NCBI GenBank assembly: GCA_003614675.1
Contig: ML002226.1
Coordinates: forward strand, 1 to 64,000
From: Dimargaris cristalligena
Lineage: Eukaryota
DNA length: 64,000 bases
Direction of reading: 5' to 3'
The notes below the pieces were generated by a model. That model was given only the letters and a program-made list of their open reading frames with translations. It was not told the origin of the DNA and did no database searches. Each line of letters opens with the position of its first letter. Position 1 is the first letter of the stretch. A program made the translations under genes and the position numbers. This document shows positions 25,403-39,113 of this stretch, in pieces.

Positions 25403-27578
25403 CTAGGAGCTACGGTTAGAATTGGTCTTGACGGCTGACAGAGGGTAGGACTGGAGGTGGTTAAAGTTCTGGAAGGAACCCACCAAGCCGGGGTCGGCTT
25501 GATTCAGGCCCGAATGGTAGCCATTGCCATTGCGTGAAGGAGGATGCAGCTGTCCCGGTCCGGACTGGTGAGAAAAGACGCGACCCGGGCCGTCCAATGA
25601 AGAGTCCCCGTGGAATGAGGCCGGTGAGAGTTGGGGAGAGGACATGAAGGGCCGGCGAGAGAAGGCGCCAGCGTGGTCGGGCCCAGTTGGGGATAGCATG
25701 CCTGCACCAAAGGCATGGGGGTAACGAGCCGTCGGGCTCTTTTCCAGTTCAAGGAGACTCATGGCTCGGGTGGTTGGGGCCACCTCCTCTTCCATAAAGA
25801 ATGGGAGTTCCTCGTCGTTGGAGTCGCCATTATTAGAAAAGGTGTGGCTTCCGGTATGACTGGTCGACTTGTGAGGGCCAGGTAAATGATCGGCCATATT
25901 ATCGCGACCACTAGAGCTAGAGGTGTTGGACGAGTGCACACGGGTATTGGGGGTGGCGGGGGTGGGTAAGTCACTGGATCGGGTCATTAGGGACGAGCTG
26001 TGTAGACGTGGGATGGGGAGGGCAAAATTGGGATCAAGTTTGCGCTTCTGAGCCTCAAATCCGGTCTCGGACATGCCTAAGGAGCCGAAATTGGGTCGAG
26101 TGGAGTTCGGCGACGCCGATAATGGGTCGGGATTAAGGAACGACCGGGACAGGGGCGAGTGGGTGGCCGTGGGGCTCCAGATGCTGGGGCTAAAGAAGGA
26201 ATCGGTGGCTGAGTTAGGCAGGGATCCCAAATTCGACAGTTTGAGGGTACCTACGGGACGAATATCGGCCTGGCGCAGCGGGGAAACGACCGAGCGCCCA
26301 GGAGGCGGGGGCGGAGGCGATGTAAAGAAAGAGTTTCCCAAACTCCGGCTAAACGAGTGGGATGGCCCGGGGTGGCGCTCGGGGTCCATGCTGGTAATCA
26401 GTTCTTCAAGAGACGACGGTAGAACCAAATCATCAGTTTCATCGTGTTGGTGGGGGGCGGAGCGGGGGCTAAAGGCGAGGGCCAGGTCCATTTGAATGGG
26501 CGCGGCGACAAGGCTGGTCTGGAGTGATTCGTGAATAGTAGTTAACGGACGGTGTAACGGGGATGGTTGGGCTCCATTGCCAGCACCAGTTCCCGAACCC
26601 AGGTTGCTCCTGAGGAAGTGTGAGTTCTGAGCGGAGGAATAATGATCGCTGCCTTCAGGGCGGCCAACATTGCCGAGCATATCCAGTAGGGAATTGTTCA
26701 TAGGCAATGAGGTGGACATGGGTTTAGAGGTGAAATTGGATAGATCGCGGCGGGCGCCCAAAGGATGCCCGAGGGTCTGGGTGGTCATACCGGATACGGT
26801 GCGCTGGCGGAGGGATAGCGGGGTTGGTGGCTCGAACTGAAAGGACTGTTGAGTGGGTGGGGCGGTGTAGACTGACGGAGCAGGGACCAAGTGACCGGTG
26901 GCCGAGGAAAACGACGGGGTCTGTATTTTCAAATTGGGGGGGCTCCCGGGTCCGCTCAAAGGAAGCGGAGTACAGATGGTGGGAGGTGGGCACCTGGCTA
27001 CTGGAAATAGTCCGACGGTGCAGGGGAGCCGGGCCCTGGTTATGGGGTTTACCCCGGGGATTGGGGTCGTGACGGGCACCGCCGACGGGGACGGCACCGT
27101 TGGGGAGAGTGTGGGCCAATGCGCAGCGGTTGCCGAACTTACAGTTACCCTTGAGGAAATAGCCGCAGATGCCTGAAGAAGGCACGGCGGTGTGGGAGAA
27201 CGGGCATTTATTGCCAGCGGCACAGGTCCCCTTTTGGAAAAACTTGCACGGCACGTGTTGCACGGAGCCACCGGTGCGCTCTATTTAGTCGTAGGCAGAG
27301 AGAGGAGGGTGGGGTTCGAATGAGCCACACGGATGGCATTGATATGTAGGTAGATATGAGTAAATATAGGGAGGGAAAGGGTTAGTATTCCGGTGGAAAT
27401 TGATAGGGACGGAGGGATATGCCAAACAAACAGGGTTTAGCAATGAGCATGGGAGAGGATGAGCCAGACGAGACTTGGGACGGGGCCTACCTTTTACGGG
27501 GGTGGCCTTTGCGGTCTTGTCTTCGCCCAGAGCGGGCGGAGGGGCCCGGGACCATTTGCCGGAATTGGGTTTGGACAT
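25403..27578 (-). CDS. Tandem CCCH zinc-finger protein (Lee1/Cps3-like). Exon 1 27578-27491, exon 2 from 27280. Finger frame stops at 26724; long Ser/Pro-rich tail is in the +1 frame to 25403
   Basis: HVPCKFFQKGTCAAGNKCPFSH...CGYFLKGNCKFGNRCALAH; tail contains DLVLPSSLEELI and EELPFFMEEE segments. Confidence 0.82.
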
Positions 27579-30500
27579 GGTTCCGATGGGGTAGCCGTGA
27601 TGGACTTTTACCAATTGGGCGGAATGGAAGAGAATAAAGAAAACGGAGGCTGAGGTATAGAGCGACCAGGCGGGATAGAGAACACTTTAGGTGAAGGGAG
27701 ATGGAAAGGTGGTGGAGAAGGAGCGCGGGTCTCTCCGGAAGGTCTGGGAGAGTAGGTTGGGGAGAAGAGTGAGAAGTGGTGGGGTTATGCCAAAGGAAGA
27801 GGGTGTTGTTGAAAGAGAGAAGGGAATACGGGGAAGTTATTGGCAGGGAAAGTGAAGGTCACTGAGAATATGAACCGCGAGCATACAGGCAGTCTATGCG
27901 CATAGAGACACCACACTACACTGGTAGAAGATATACTACTACTGCTGTCACAGGGGAGCCAGCCAAAGCAAAGCAAATGGGTGGATATATGTGAGGGTAT
28001 TCTTCAGCACAGCGTGTGAAAACAGCTCGAAGGACCGCGCCTCGGGGGGGGGAGAGTGGGGGTTGAATACCGCCAAATTACCGGGCGACAAAGAACCGAT
28101 TTGATGCGATACAGAGGGCCGAATTAGCACTATCCAACTGCGGTGGTGAGAGAAGACCAGTATAGTCTATAGAGGACAGGTAAACAGGGAGAGGAGGGGT
28201 CGCAGTGTGGGATAAGCGGCAGGTGGATACGGCTGAACCTTGGAGGTAGTGGTGCACACTCTTCTGCGCAGCCCGGGTCAGGTGGGGTTAGAGGGTTATG
28301 CTGCAGCTAGGCAGGGGGGACGGTGCGGTGTGGCTCGCGGTGACAATAAACCGGGGGGACACACACAGGCAATAGGCGGGGACCTCGGGCAGATACGTGC
28401 AACAACAGCAGCAACTAAAAGGGGGAATAATGGTAGACGGAAGATAGAATAGCGTTAAGGAAGGGGGTAAGTTAAATAAAGCCGAAGGGAAGATATATAG
28501 ATATGGGGAACAAGGAATAATTAGTTAGTTAGGTAGTGAGTCGAAGAGGAGGGCATGGATAGATGATAGTAACGACGGAAGAGCAGTCAGTGAGGGTTAT
28601 ATAAGCGGCGCGATCACAGGGGAGGGAAAGTGGCGGCAGTGAGGACGGAAGAGAGAGAGAGAGCATTCAGCCAGGGAGGCCAATCGCCAGCGATGGACAG
28701 ACACACCACCACCACAACCCTACCTACTTAGTAGTATATGTGTAGTTTAAAGTAGCCGAGTGGCCGCGGCTCTTCTTATTCGTGGGCTGAATCAGGCCTA
28801 ATGCCCCTGGCAAATAATCGCTTATATTCCCCTCCCCCTCTTAGACCGCCGTAAACGTGACCTGGGACAATAATCTCTCCCACTCCTAGTTTCCCACTGC
28901 CCTTTACCTCCCTTCCAGTCAGTACTACTAGCCCCGCTTTACTTTACGGATTGGCCATGAAGATGGGTGATGGGTTAATTAAACCGCCTTGTTACCACCA
29001 CCACTATACCACCAGTTTCTACCAGGCTAGCGAACCTAATCTAGCTGGGTTGTTTACCCCTTCTACGAGGGCTCCCCGTCCCAGGCTGGTTTATGAGCGC
29101 AGTGCTCTTGCACATCTTGAGCGGAGTTGCCCGTCGCCGCGGGGAGGGGGGCGTGCAGGGCGGCCCCTACCATCTGCCAACCCGGCAGCCCGTTCAACTA
29201 CACAAGAAGGCGTTTAAAACCACGATCATCCCGCCCGTATATCAGCAAAGTAGACGCCATTAGAAGACCATTCTAGTTTCCCTCGCCTTTCGCCCCCCTG
29301 TCCCCTTCTGATTGTTCTGCACCCCCCCACTTCTCGGGGAAACCCCAGCCCACCGAATGTGCGAAAGGAGGTACTTTACGAGAGGACCGTTCCAATTTCC
29401 TAGATTTTTATTTTGGGGAAGAGGGGGTGGCCTAAACAAACCCGCTGACCATCCAACCAATTAGTCCGAGCCGTACCACGATTGGCCATTTGGCTCAAAC
29501 ATCACAATAATCAAGGCGGGTTTAGGCGGGTGAAGGAACCCAGAAAACAGAGGGAAGTTGTAAAGCAGGGGAGGCGAGCCCCACAACAGAGGGGGTACAT
29601 AAATTAACCTGCTTTCATTATGAGCCGCGAGCAGGAGGAAAACGGGTGAAGGGGAAAGGGGAACTGCCTCACCAACGAAAAGGGCCTGGCGGAGTCACTG
29701 GTTAAGGCCCCCATCAAATAGAAAACGGGCTATCCTTTGCTTCATCACAGGCGGCCAGCCCAATGGATGACCAGACAGGTGCTATGGCCAATGGGGATTA
29801 TCGCCTTCCCTTTCCTGCTGTTCCGGTGCGGCTTCTATTTGCAAGGGTAAATCCAGGGATGTGTTGCAGACGAATACTGGCGATGATGCTCTTCAGGCGG
29901 AAGCCCTATTTAGCCAACTATCTATCTCGTTGGTCAGCCCAGTCCAGGATTGGATTTTTTAGGGGGGAGGGAATACCGCAGGTCGGTGAGCAAAACACGA
30001 TACTAATCCCCAAGGTTATTACCTATAATGTGTACGTGTAAAAGGGGAGAGAGAGGGGTGTCGGAGTAACAAAGCCCGAAGCCTGGGCTGGATAGGGTGA
30101 AGGTTTAAACTTGTCTCTTTGTCTTGGTGCAGGGGACCATGCAGGACGAAGTGCAGTCGAGCCTGCATATTGAATGGCTCAAATTCCGCAACCAGGTCGA
30201 ACCAATGGATATACCGGTCTACTGTATTATTTTTTTCTTGCGGTGGGTGGTAAAAACGGCTCGCAATAGGGTTCCGCCCCCTTCCCCAGCATTTATCTCA
30301 CTGGGGCGCAATCATTCGAGATGGCGGGAGGGGGGAAAGGAGTCACCTACAGTAACGTATGCCACGAGAGGGGTTCGATGAGCAGATGCACCTGGCGTGG
30401 TGATTAATAATAGGATTCCCGAAATTGAAGCGAAGGTGGCCAGGGTAATGGACGAATTCTTCCACAACCCGTTCATTGGAAACGGCTATATGGTGTCTTC

Positions 30501-33500
30501 AAAGTTCATGGCCCGACAGCGGGTGCAGTTGCCTTTTCCCAGACCCACGGCGGATACGGCCAATTACTATGGCTAGTTCCATCAGCCACATCGTGTTTCA
30601 GAAGCCGCCCTTGGGGATTGCATAGCGTTTCTATAAATATCCCCAAAGTGCCGTTCAAGAAGTAGCTTTGCTAAAACAGTCCATCCCAACCACATACCAG
30701 TGCGAAGGACTACTTCTTCACACTTGCCCAAACCTGTTCGAGCGGCTCCCAACCCCGTCCGTGGAAGCCGGGTCATCAGATTCCAGTCTTCAGTGGTAAA
30801 TGGTGGTTCCGTAGCCCCCTGGTCACCGAGTATAACCATCAGCGTGGGCATATCCCGTCGGGACACTATCATACTATTGCGGGGGTATCCCTTTCCCCAC
30901 TAAGGTCTAAGTGAGCCCGTTCATGCTTCGGTCCGATAGCCGGTAATCACGGATAGACTGTCACTTCCAGTCCCGGCCTCCCTAAATGGTGACGTGGAAG
31001 ATAAGAAAATAGATTCAGTGTCGATCATGGGAGTTCGCGAAACGACCATGCAGTACTGCAGTACAGGAGTGGCCTCTGACCCCCTTGTGAGCTTTAACCC
31101 TTATAGAGGCCAAGGGGCGGGTGGAGGGGGTTGGGCCACGCTATCCAGGGAGAGAGGATTCCATCCCCATGCTATCTACAGATCGTGCTTCAGTGCAGCC
31201 GCCTCAAGCCTATAGCCGCTGTCGGTCGGACGCATTCTCGGATTATGACACCTATACATTTTAGCACCGACTGTTACACTCAGGCACCGCTGGCATTATG
31301 GTATATACTGAGTAGATTAAAACAGGTTATTATAGAGCACACCTGGTATTTCCGTTTCTGCGGGAAAGCCATTGATGCAGCTATTCACATCACTGCGGGG
31401 AAACCTAACAGTAAATAGTACTCTCGTAAAAAATAGCGCTGGATCCAGAAAAAATTAGATTGTAAAGATGGCGACAAAATGGCGCTTCGTCATTCCAATC
31501 AATGGCGCCCGTTGTTTATACTGTAGAGCATCGGTAGTATGCAGTAATCCAGCGACTCCAGCTACTCTACTTAGTAAATGATAGACAATAGGTGGCTTGG
31601 TTATGTCTAACCTCCATTGTTGCCCCTTATATTTTGGCATATATATATATATATATATTCATTATACCACAGCCCCCTGTTAAAATGGGGTAGTGATCGG
31701 GTTTAGGTTTACTTGAGGGGGGTTTATATGGTAGGCGGTGGGGGCGAGGCTCTCGGTTTCGGTGGGCGGGCGGGACAAAAAATATGAAGGAGTTTTTCCC
31801 ACAAAATTCGTAAGTTGCGCTTCCAGTCCCAGGAAGGATTAATTTATATAAGTCGTATAGAATCGCCCACAAAAATCCATCCCGGTTGACCTTTATCTAC
31901 TGTCAGTGGCGCCACATGACCTATCAAGGCCATATACAGCCCGTTTATTTATCGCCTTATAAGGAGTGGCTCATTAAATCAGGTAGTATTAGTAGATATG
32001 GGTGAAGCAGGGCCCAAGCTGTATAAGGTTTTAATTGATATGTATCTGGGATAGCAGGCGGGATATTGATTTTCAACTAGTAATATTGCCCTCGCCCAAC
32101 GGAGTTTTCGTTATACAGCCCAGTTGACCCTCCCCCATATAGGGGCGCAAGGTAATCGCATTGTTTGTTCAGCGTTCAACAACCATAAATAAATAGCAAT
32201 ACATATATACGGGTTTATATATCCATTCAACCTAAGTTTAAAAGCCCTGCCATAGCCGACCATTTCACCTTGTTGAATCGGCCCACTGGGCGAAGGCTAG
32301 GTCCTGTATTAGACCACTGTGCTGTAACTTGATTCGAAACGAAACCAGCCGGATAGGGCATACTATATACTCTGCACCGCTTTATGCCCGTGCCTTTAGC
32401 TAGTTTAATATGCCGATCAAGCCCGCATATGACCGCCAGAGCGCAATATGAGACAACCCAGGTAGCTGATCATCTTTCGCTTTAGATCCATTCCCTCGGA
32501 TCATGGGCTTAGTGTATCCAGTATCTCTCACGCTTCTAACAATGGATGGCTGTCTATATATAGGGGAAAACGAGGGGGTCTGTGTGATATAGTGTGGGGG
32601 GTTGGGCCTCGGTTCATTTTTGTATGCTCGGCCAGAACCGCCGAAACCTCCCTTGGGCCCATCCATTAAGCCTGGGGCACATGTAATTTTGCACTGGTTT
32701 AGGCGTCCCGCTGAACTGAGGTCAGCAGCCTCTACTTCGGTTCCCCTTTTCGTAAGGTGAGTGGCCTTGACCATGACATAATTCGCCAAATGAGGCGCTT
32801 CCAGACAAATTGGGAGCGAGGCGTATTGTCCCCATGTTTAAAAAGTCGGCTATTCCTTTCAGTCCAACGTCAAGCGCTACATGGCGGTGATTTACGGTAG
32901 TTAATTTTGCCTTCAGACCTACCGGTGCGTTCAGTGTTACTATGGCTAGTCCAACTATTAGTCATCATCGGAACCCCAGAGTCGTCGAAACAGCAAAGAT
33001 GCCGGCCCTCCTAATCTGATTGTCTGGGGAACTAGCGTCCTTTCCCCAGCGTATTTCTTTATGTTTACCGGAACAATGGCCTGGACAGTTATCAAAACAT
33101 TTGGAGTTGTTTCACGACCCCAATTTCTGCCCAACAGGGATGTATAGCAGGAGAGAAAGTTCACTAGTCACCCCACTTTGATGGGGCTGTTCTTAATGAT
33201 CACATACGGTCTACTAAACGGTACCAGGGCGATACTATCTAAAAGGCCAAGGGGGAGCTTATATACCACTGCGGGTATGAGTGAGAGGGTAGTATGTGAT
33301 CGAAAAGTCCTCACTATCCAGTACAAATGAATTCAATGGCTTGGCGGTGGGGAACCGATTAAGGGTCATATATGTAGATGTATGTCCTAAATATATCGAA
33401 TTACGATAGTTGCATCTAATGATAGGCGAGCCATCCGCTCAACACTCTATCGTGTCAGAACCTGTAGGACCCACTGGTACCAAGGAAAGGCTGGGTCGGA

Positions 33501-35906
33501 TGGTGGCGACTACCACAATTAAGTGGACAGTTGGTATGCGGTTTTATAGCAAAGCGGGGCCCTACTGTTTCATGAACGGCTATATTTATCCCAAGCAAAG
33601 AGGGCCCCCAATGTATGACCTGTGGAACACCATTGCGCCAAGAAAGGTCGATTGTACGACCTAATCACCGAAATGTCCGACTATGGCTAGCTAAGTCACC
33701 CACATTGCTACCAATTTACTTAGTAATCCGAGCCAGAGTTGGTCTGTCGTTCTGAAACACACCGCAAGTGGATAGCAGGATGGGCTCACGGAAACAAGCC
33801 TACCAGATCGGCAACTATGCCCAGCCCAATAAACACTGGTTGTCTTTAGCCTCTTGGCACAAGTATTAAATTCACCTTTCATCACAAATAAAGGATACTT
33901 GGGTGGCTCGGCTTGATTTGGCAACAATAGCAGCCAAAGGACACGCTCGCTATGGGGATTAAACAAATTGAATCCACTCAAAAAAGGGGAAACGTCAGGT
34001 AGGGGCAGGGAACACAAGATGCCCAATGGGTGCGTTTTCCGTCTCCCTGTTTTATTTTGGGTGGCCTTTAGTTTTTTCAGATAGGCTTGTGGGCCGCCCA
34101 AATCCCCCCCTACCACCGCTGGGCCAATATAACGCTTTTCGGAATAAAAGAAAAGGGGAAGGCCACTTCGGCCTATGTATCTAATTTAGGTATACCAGGT
34201 GCTCTTGCACGAATGGCCGGAACTCAATTGAATAGTAATGGGAACTTTACCTTCCCGACTTGGCGGTCTACTGCAATCGGTCAAAGGATGTCAGTCTTAA
34301 GAAGGAAAGGCCTGTTTCATGACGCAGTCGTCCTGTTGTGGCCATTCAGACACAGTAAACCAATCGAACGCCAATCCTTAACCTGATTTGGACTGACCCA
34401 GTGGTCTAGAACGTTTCTGCGCCCCTTTACTAGGCCGCAGCAAGGTAATTTGGCCTAATAACTTGTAAAACTGGCTCAAATTTACGCCTGGGCCGGATAA
34501 GAGGTGTGCTATTCTACCCTTCCCTAGTCCCATTTCAGCCAAGAGTGCGCAGTATGGCTAACACGGCCCACACCACTACGAAGCTTCACCGCGACCCTCA
34601 GTAATGGTGAAATAGAGGCACTCTATCACAATTTAGCCAGCGTTAGTGGAACCAAGACGGGTGCATTTTGACACCGGTGTTCTTTAATCCCAACAAGGTG
34701 GGCAATAAAAAGAAATGTGGTTGGGAACACGCCTCCTTTCCCCTCATCCTCGAATATACCATTCAGGTGATCATTTTGACTGGCGTTAGCAATTTCCAAA
34801 TATAGCTATAGTATCAGCCGCCGTACTATCAAGGGTAGAGATAGTCTTCATACTTCATTATAGTTCAAGGTCTCTGACCAAAACCTATATGGCGATGATT
34901 TATCACAGGGGGGGTATGTTTCATAAATCCCCTTTACTAGATATGGCATGAACCGTGCATGGGGGTGGACAGCCGGACCAGTGTCTATCAACAGGTACCA
35001 TGTACCAAGGTTTCCTTCGTACCCAAACCCCTTTCAATTTACGGCAATTGACCCACGTTCATTGACATTCTTGGCATCCACTGATGGATAATAAATCAGT
35101 GGGAGAGGGCTCGAGTAAAGGAATACATAGAACAGTGCCATTGCGATGGTTTATTGGTGTAAGGACAAACTGTCCTTCTTTCGAGTCCGCTTGCATCGAC
35201 TGCCTGGGAATTAGGTGGTATACGAATCCCACAGCTTGAAATAATGGGCATGCGTTTGATCGTCAACTTGAAGAAATGGCCCAATGTGACCCGACAGAAT
35301 TTCATTTCTACCAGAATCAGCAACAAACAAAACCGATGAACAATGGCCGGATTCCAGTGATACAATATAGTTATAATAGGGAGTGGGGTGGTTAAAAAAC
35401 GGTCAAAGGATACTAAAAATGGTTCATGTAACCCAATTAAGGCAGATGTGGTATGGTATGAAGGGAAAGTATATCAAATCCCACCACAGCTACTCCATGA
35501 GAGGGGAACGGGCGCTATGTTTCCCATATAATGCTACAGGGAGTGTGGATCAGGGGACAAGTCACGCGTTACCGGATATACAATACATCTACGAATACGC
35601 TAGCAAACCCCTTATCCACTCTATCCAAGGACAAGGACGGGGTTGCTCTTTGTCGTCTGTACACCGCCCCTACAGCTGATTCAGAGAGGAAGCCATCAGG
35701 AGCCATTGGAATGTAGGTTGTTGGGCTGGTGTATAAGAAACTCCTCAAGTCACTTGACTCTCCCCCCAGACCGTTGATTTGGCCTATTTTGGGGAGACTG
35801 GCTGATCACTCCTACATCGGCCTGGAAATTTTTTGATGGGGCTTCCTTCCAGCCCATCAACCCTCCGACGGCTCAATGAATATCCCCCCAATCGAGTAAA
35901 GTCCAC

Positions 35907-38900
35907 TTACCGTTGATGCGCAAAATCCCGAATGCCCTGATATTCGTTCCAGCCTATTTCCGCCCCTTTTAATAACCGGGTGAGATCCGTGGCTTGCCGG
36001 TGGACCTGGTCATGGCGAACGGCGGATAGCCGGCCTAAGATATGCAGAGGTCGGATGGTGCGTTGCAGAGAATAGGTGTAATGGCCATGGGGGCATTGGC
36101 TCAATGATGTGCACCAAAGTCAGCAGAGGCATGAGTAATTGTCGGAGGTAATGGAATGGCCAGCAAAAGGATTGATTGAGCTTATCGCAGGAATCTAATG
36201 GGGTGCGCATCTGGCTAGTCGCCCCATCCTAGCCAGGTAGAATACCGGTAGCCTTTCTACTCATCAAGGGCGACTATGCTTAATACACCTTACTTTACCT
36301 TGCAAAAAATCCATCACTGTGCCAACGGGATCCGTCGTTTTTGAAGTGGTCGCTGGTATCGCCTGATCATTTTGAATGGATACCATTAATTTACCCACTG
36401 TTTTTTATCCAGTATAAATAATAGACAATAGACCAAGAATAGATGTAACCGGTATTAGCAAGGTGCCGGTTGTAATGAAAACGTGTTGTCATATGATAGT
36501 ACCGAGGGGGAAATGCCCAGTAGTATTGGGTTAGAGAAATTTACCTTGATCAGTTGCTGCATGCAGGTCGTGGGTCAGGAAAAGAGTGAACAAGGTGGCC
36601 TGCAGCTTATGCCAATTCCCTAAAATCATCCGTACCAAATAAAAAAAATGAGCGTTAGAGACGATATCCCAGCGAGCCAAATATAGCATTAGTAAAATAA
36701 TACAGCCTTCGCCCATCATGAAGTAATACAAAAAGCGTGTGGCGTTATTCAGGCACACCATGGCCTAGTTTACTTAGTGATGACTTACCTTGGTCAAACT
36801 CGTTCAATAATTGTTGGAGTACGGATTCAGGGGCCTGTTGGTTAAGATTGCCAAACAAATACAGCGGTATTTCAATTAATATTATATATGATTTAGTTGC
36901 TTGTGGTTCAGTGGTTACTTTGTTTATAGTAGCCATGATTACTACGTTCATAATACTATTTAGGTCATACGCCCTTGGATAACAGGGGGTTGATAAGTAT
37001 ATACCTTGAAAGACGGAATCCCCAACGCACTAGTCAGTCGTTGGTATAGTGGGTCAGACAGAATCCGTTCGGTAGTCACCAAGGCCGTCGGAGTCGTGGT
37101 TTTTTCATTGGAGTTTTTCCTGGCGTAGTCACTAGGGAAAAATAGGGATAATATTGGCGATAAAAATATGCCATTATATGGTCTGTATATACACTGCGAT
37201 CAGATCGAAAAAACCAGAAATATTTTCACAGCAAAATATCGCCCCGGGGATATTGAATTGGCCAGGCGACTTACCTTGGTAGTTCGACCGGCCGTAGAAT
37301 CACTAGATTGACAGAAGCGAAAGCGGCCAGCTCTTGCGCGATTTGCCCTGTGCATCGATTTAAAGTGCGAGGCAGATTATGGTTGAGACCCGGTACGCGC
37401 TGACCGACGATTCGCTCGATTAGATTTCGATTTTCGGTAATCATAGAGTTCTTTCCCGTCAGTACCAATAAAAGTGCCTGAATTTCGCGCATTTTCAGAT
37501 TCTGTATTTTGTTTTGATTGTTTTTTTTTAAAAAAAAGTGTGCCAGATCAACGTATAGGTAAATGTATTATAAAAAATGAGAATACAGTGGTGCGGTTGA
37601 TAAATTATCGTGGTGTTATGATTCCCAGTTGTTTGGGGCTCACTGAATAATACATAGTAAGTCGAGATTAACCCTGAATAATACTTACCAGCAGTGCCGT
37701 AGCGGCCTTGGCCTTACGTGACGAAACGGCATACTCACTCGCAGTTTGGCTAAGTTGCAGAGCCAAATCCGATTCCCCTTCGGCATCGATTAAAGCAGAC
37801 ATCGCGTCCAGGGCCATTTGGTGGGCCTGCGCATCGGTCTGAGTTGCTACAAGCTCCCAAAGAGCATCGGGTTCCACGTCCAGCGATTGAACTTGATCAA
37901 TCCCTGATGTTATCTCATACTGGGATGCAGCCAAATCCCATTCGGCCTGTAAATGCCTTATCCGTTGTTGTAGGGTGATATTTTGGATTCGACGCTGAAT
38001 ATGGTGCTGATGTAGCCGATGTAGCTCCTCCGCCGCCAAAGTGATGGTGGTCGTCAGCTCCTCGTTTGAATCTGTGCTACTCCACCGATCCAGCATGGAT
38101 CGACGGTGATCCATCCGCGCTTGGAAGTAAGCCATGGTATCTTGGGGGGATGGCCATTGTCGCTGCCGCTGACTGGATTCAATTAGAGCGGGCAGCCAGT
38201 CCACGGGTGGTTGATCAGACGCCTGGGACTGACTGGCCTGGCGGCGGTCGAGGTGTTTGGTAAACCAGTCTTCGAGCCGCTCAACGAGTTCAGCTAGTCG
38301 ATTGGGGAGGGCTTCAGTCGAAATAGATGTCGGTGGGGGGTTCTTGGAGCGGTCTTGGGCGACCCAGGCCTTCGCACCAGTCTTGCGATCATGAACTTGA
38401 CGGCGGAGGCTATGTTCGCGGTCGATCCTTAAAACAATGCCCGACTGGGTGTCCTGGAGGGTTTGGCGGGCTTGCGCTAGCTTGAGCTCTATATATCAAC
38501 ATACAATGAACCAATCGGTTAATGGATTGGTGGCTGTGAGGGTTAGGCGTCAACAACCATCTAGCAATCCGCATTTTCGGGATATCTGGAGCTGGCATGG
38601 TCATCGAAGGAACCACACCTGTGAATGTGTATTAAAAAGCCTTTGGGACAGGGCCGATTAGTAGCCAAGTAATCTAATAATTAACCAAAGAAGCTTACCC
38701 ATTTTCTGAATCTGGTCTTGCAGCAGCCTATTCTGCTCGATTTTGGCCTGCACTTGCCGGTTTAATTCCCGGTTGCGTCGGCCACTCGTTTCGACCTGGC
38801 GATATTTGGTCAATAGCAGGGGTGACGATTTCTCCCCTCCGCTGCTCTGGACCATATCGTCGGGGCGTTGGGTGAGCCAGTAGGTCTGGGTTTTCCGAAT

Positions 38901-39113
38901 CTGCCAAGTGGCCGAGGGCCCTTTGGTTCGCGGCAGTAGGTACTGGAATATACCACGAAGGGGTTGAGCCTCGACGGCGGCGAAATCACTCGCCGACCAA
39001 CGATTGGGCTCGGCAAGTAGGAGGGGCTGCCGTTGCTGGCGGAGGCCCAGTTCTTGGCTGACCCATTCCGCAACCTGGACGGCCAGGTCATTAGTAGGTT
39101 CATCGGTCACCAT
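35907..39113 (-). CDS. Multi-exon coiled-coil protein, possibly augmin subunit HAUS5-like; 3' end uncertain
   Basis: Phase-consistent exons 39113-38699, 38488-37689, about 37501-37275, about 37131-37005, and smaller exons below. Helical Q/E/L/R-rich sequence. N-terminal W..QELG...LRGIFQYL recalls HAUS5 (family call is weak). Confidence 0.55.

Noticed and set aside
34990-35720. Possible degraded coding exons
   Set aside because: Stops in all frames I read, and no recognisable motif or consistent splice chain.
38335-38340. G6 run as a possible frameshift in the coiled-coil gene
   Set aside because: Exon 2 reads through in frame (AAC CCC CCA).
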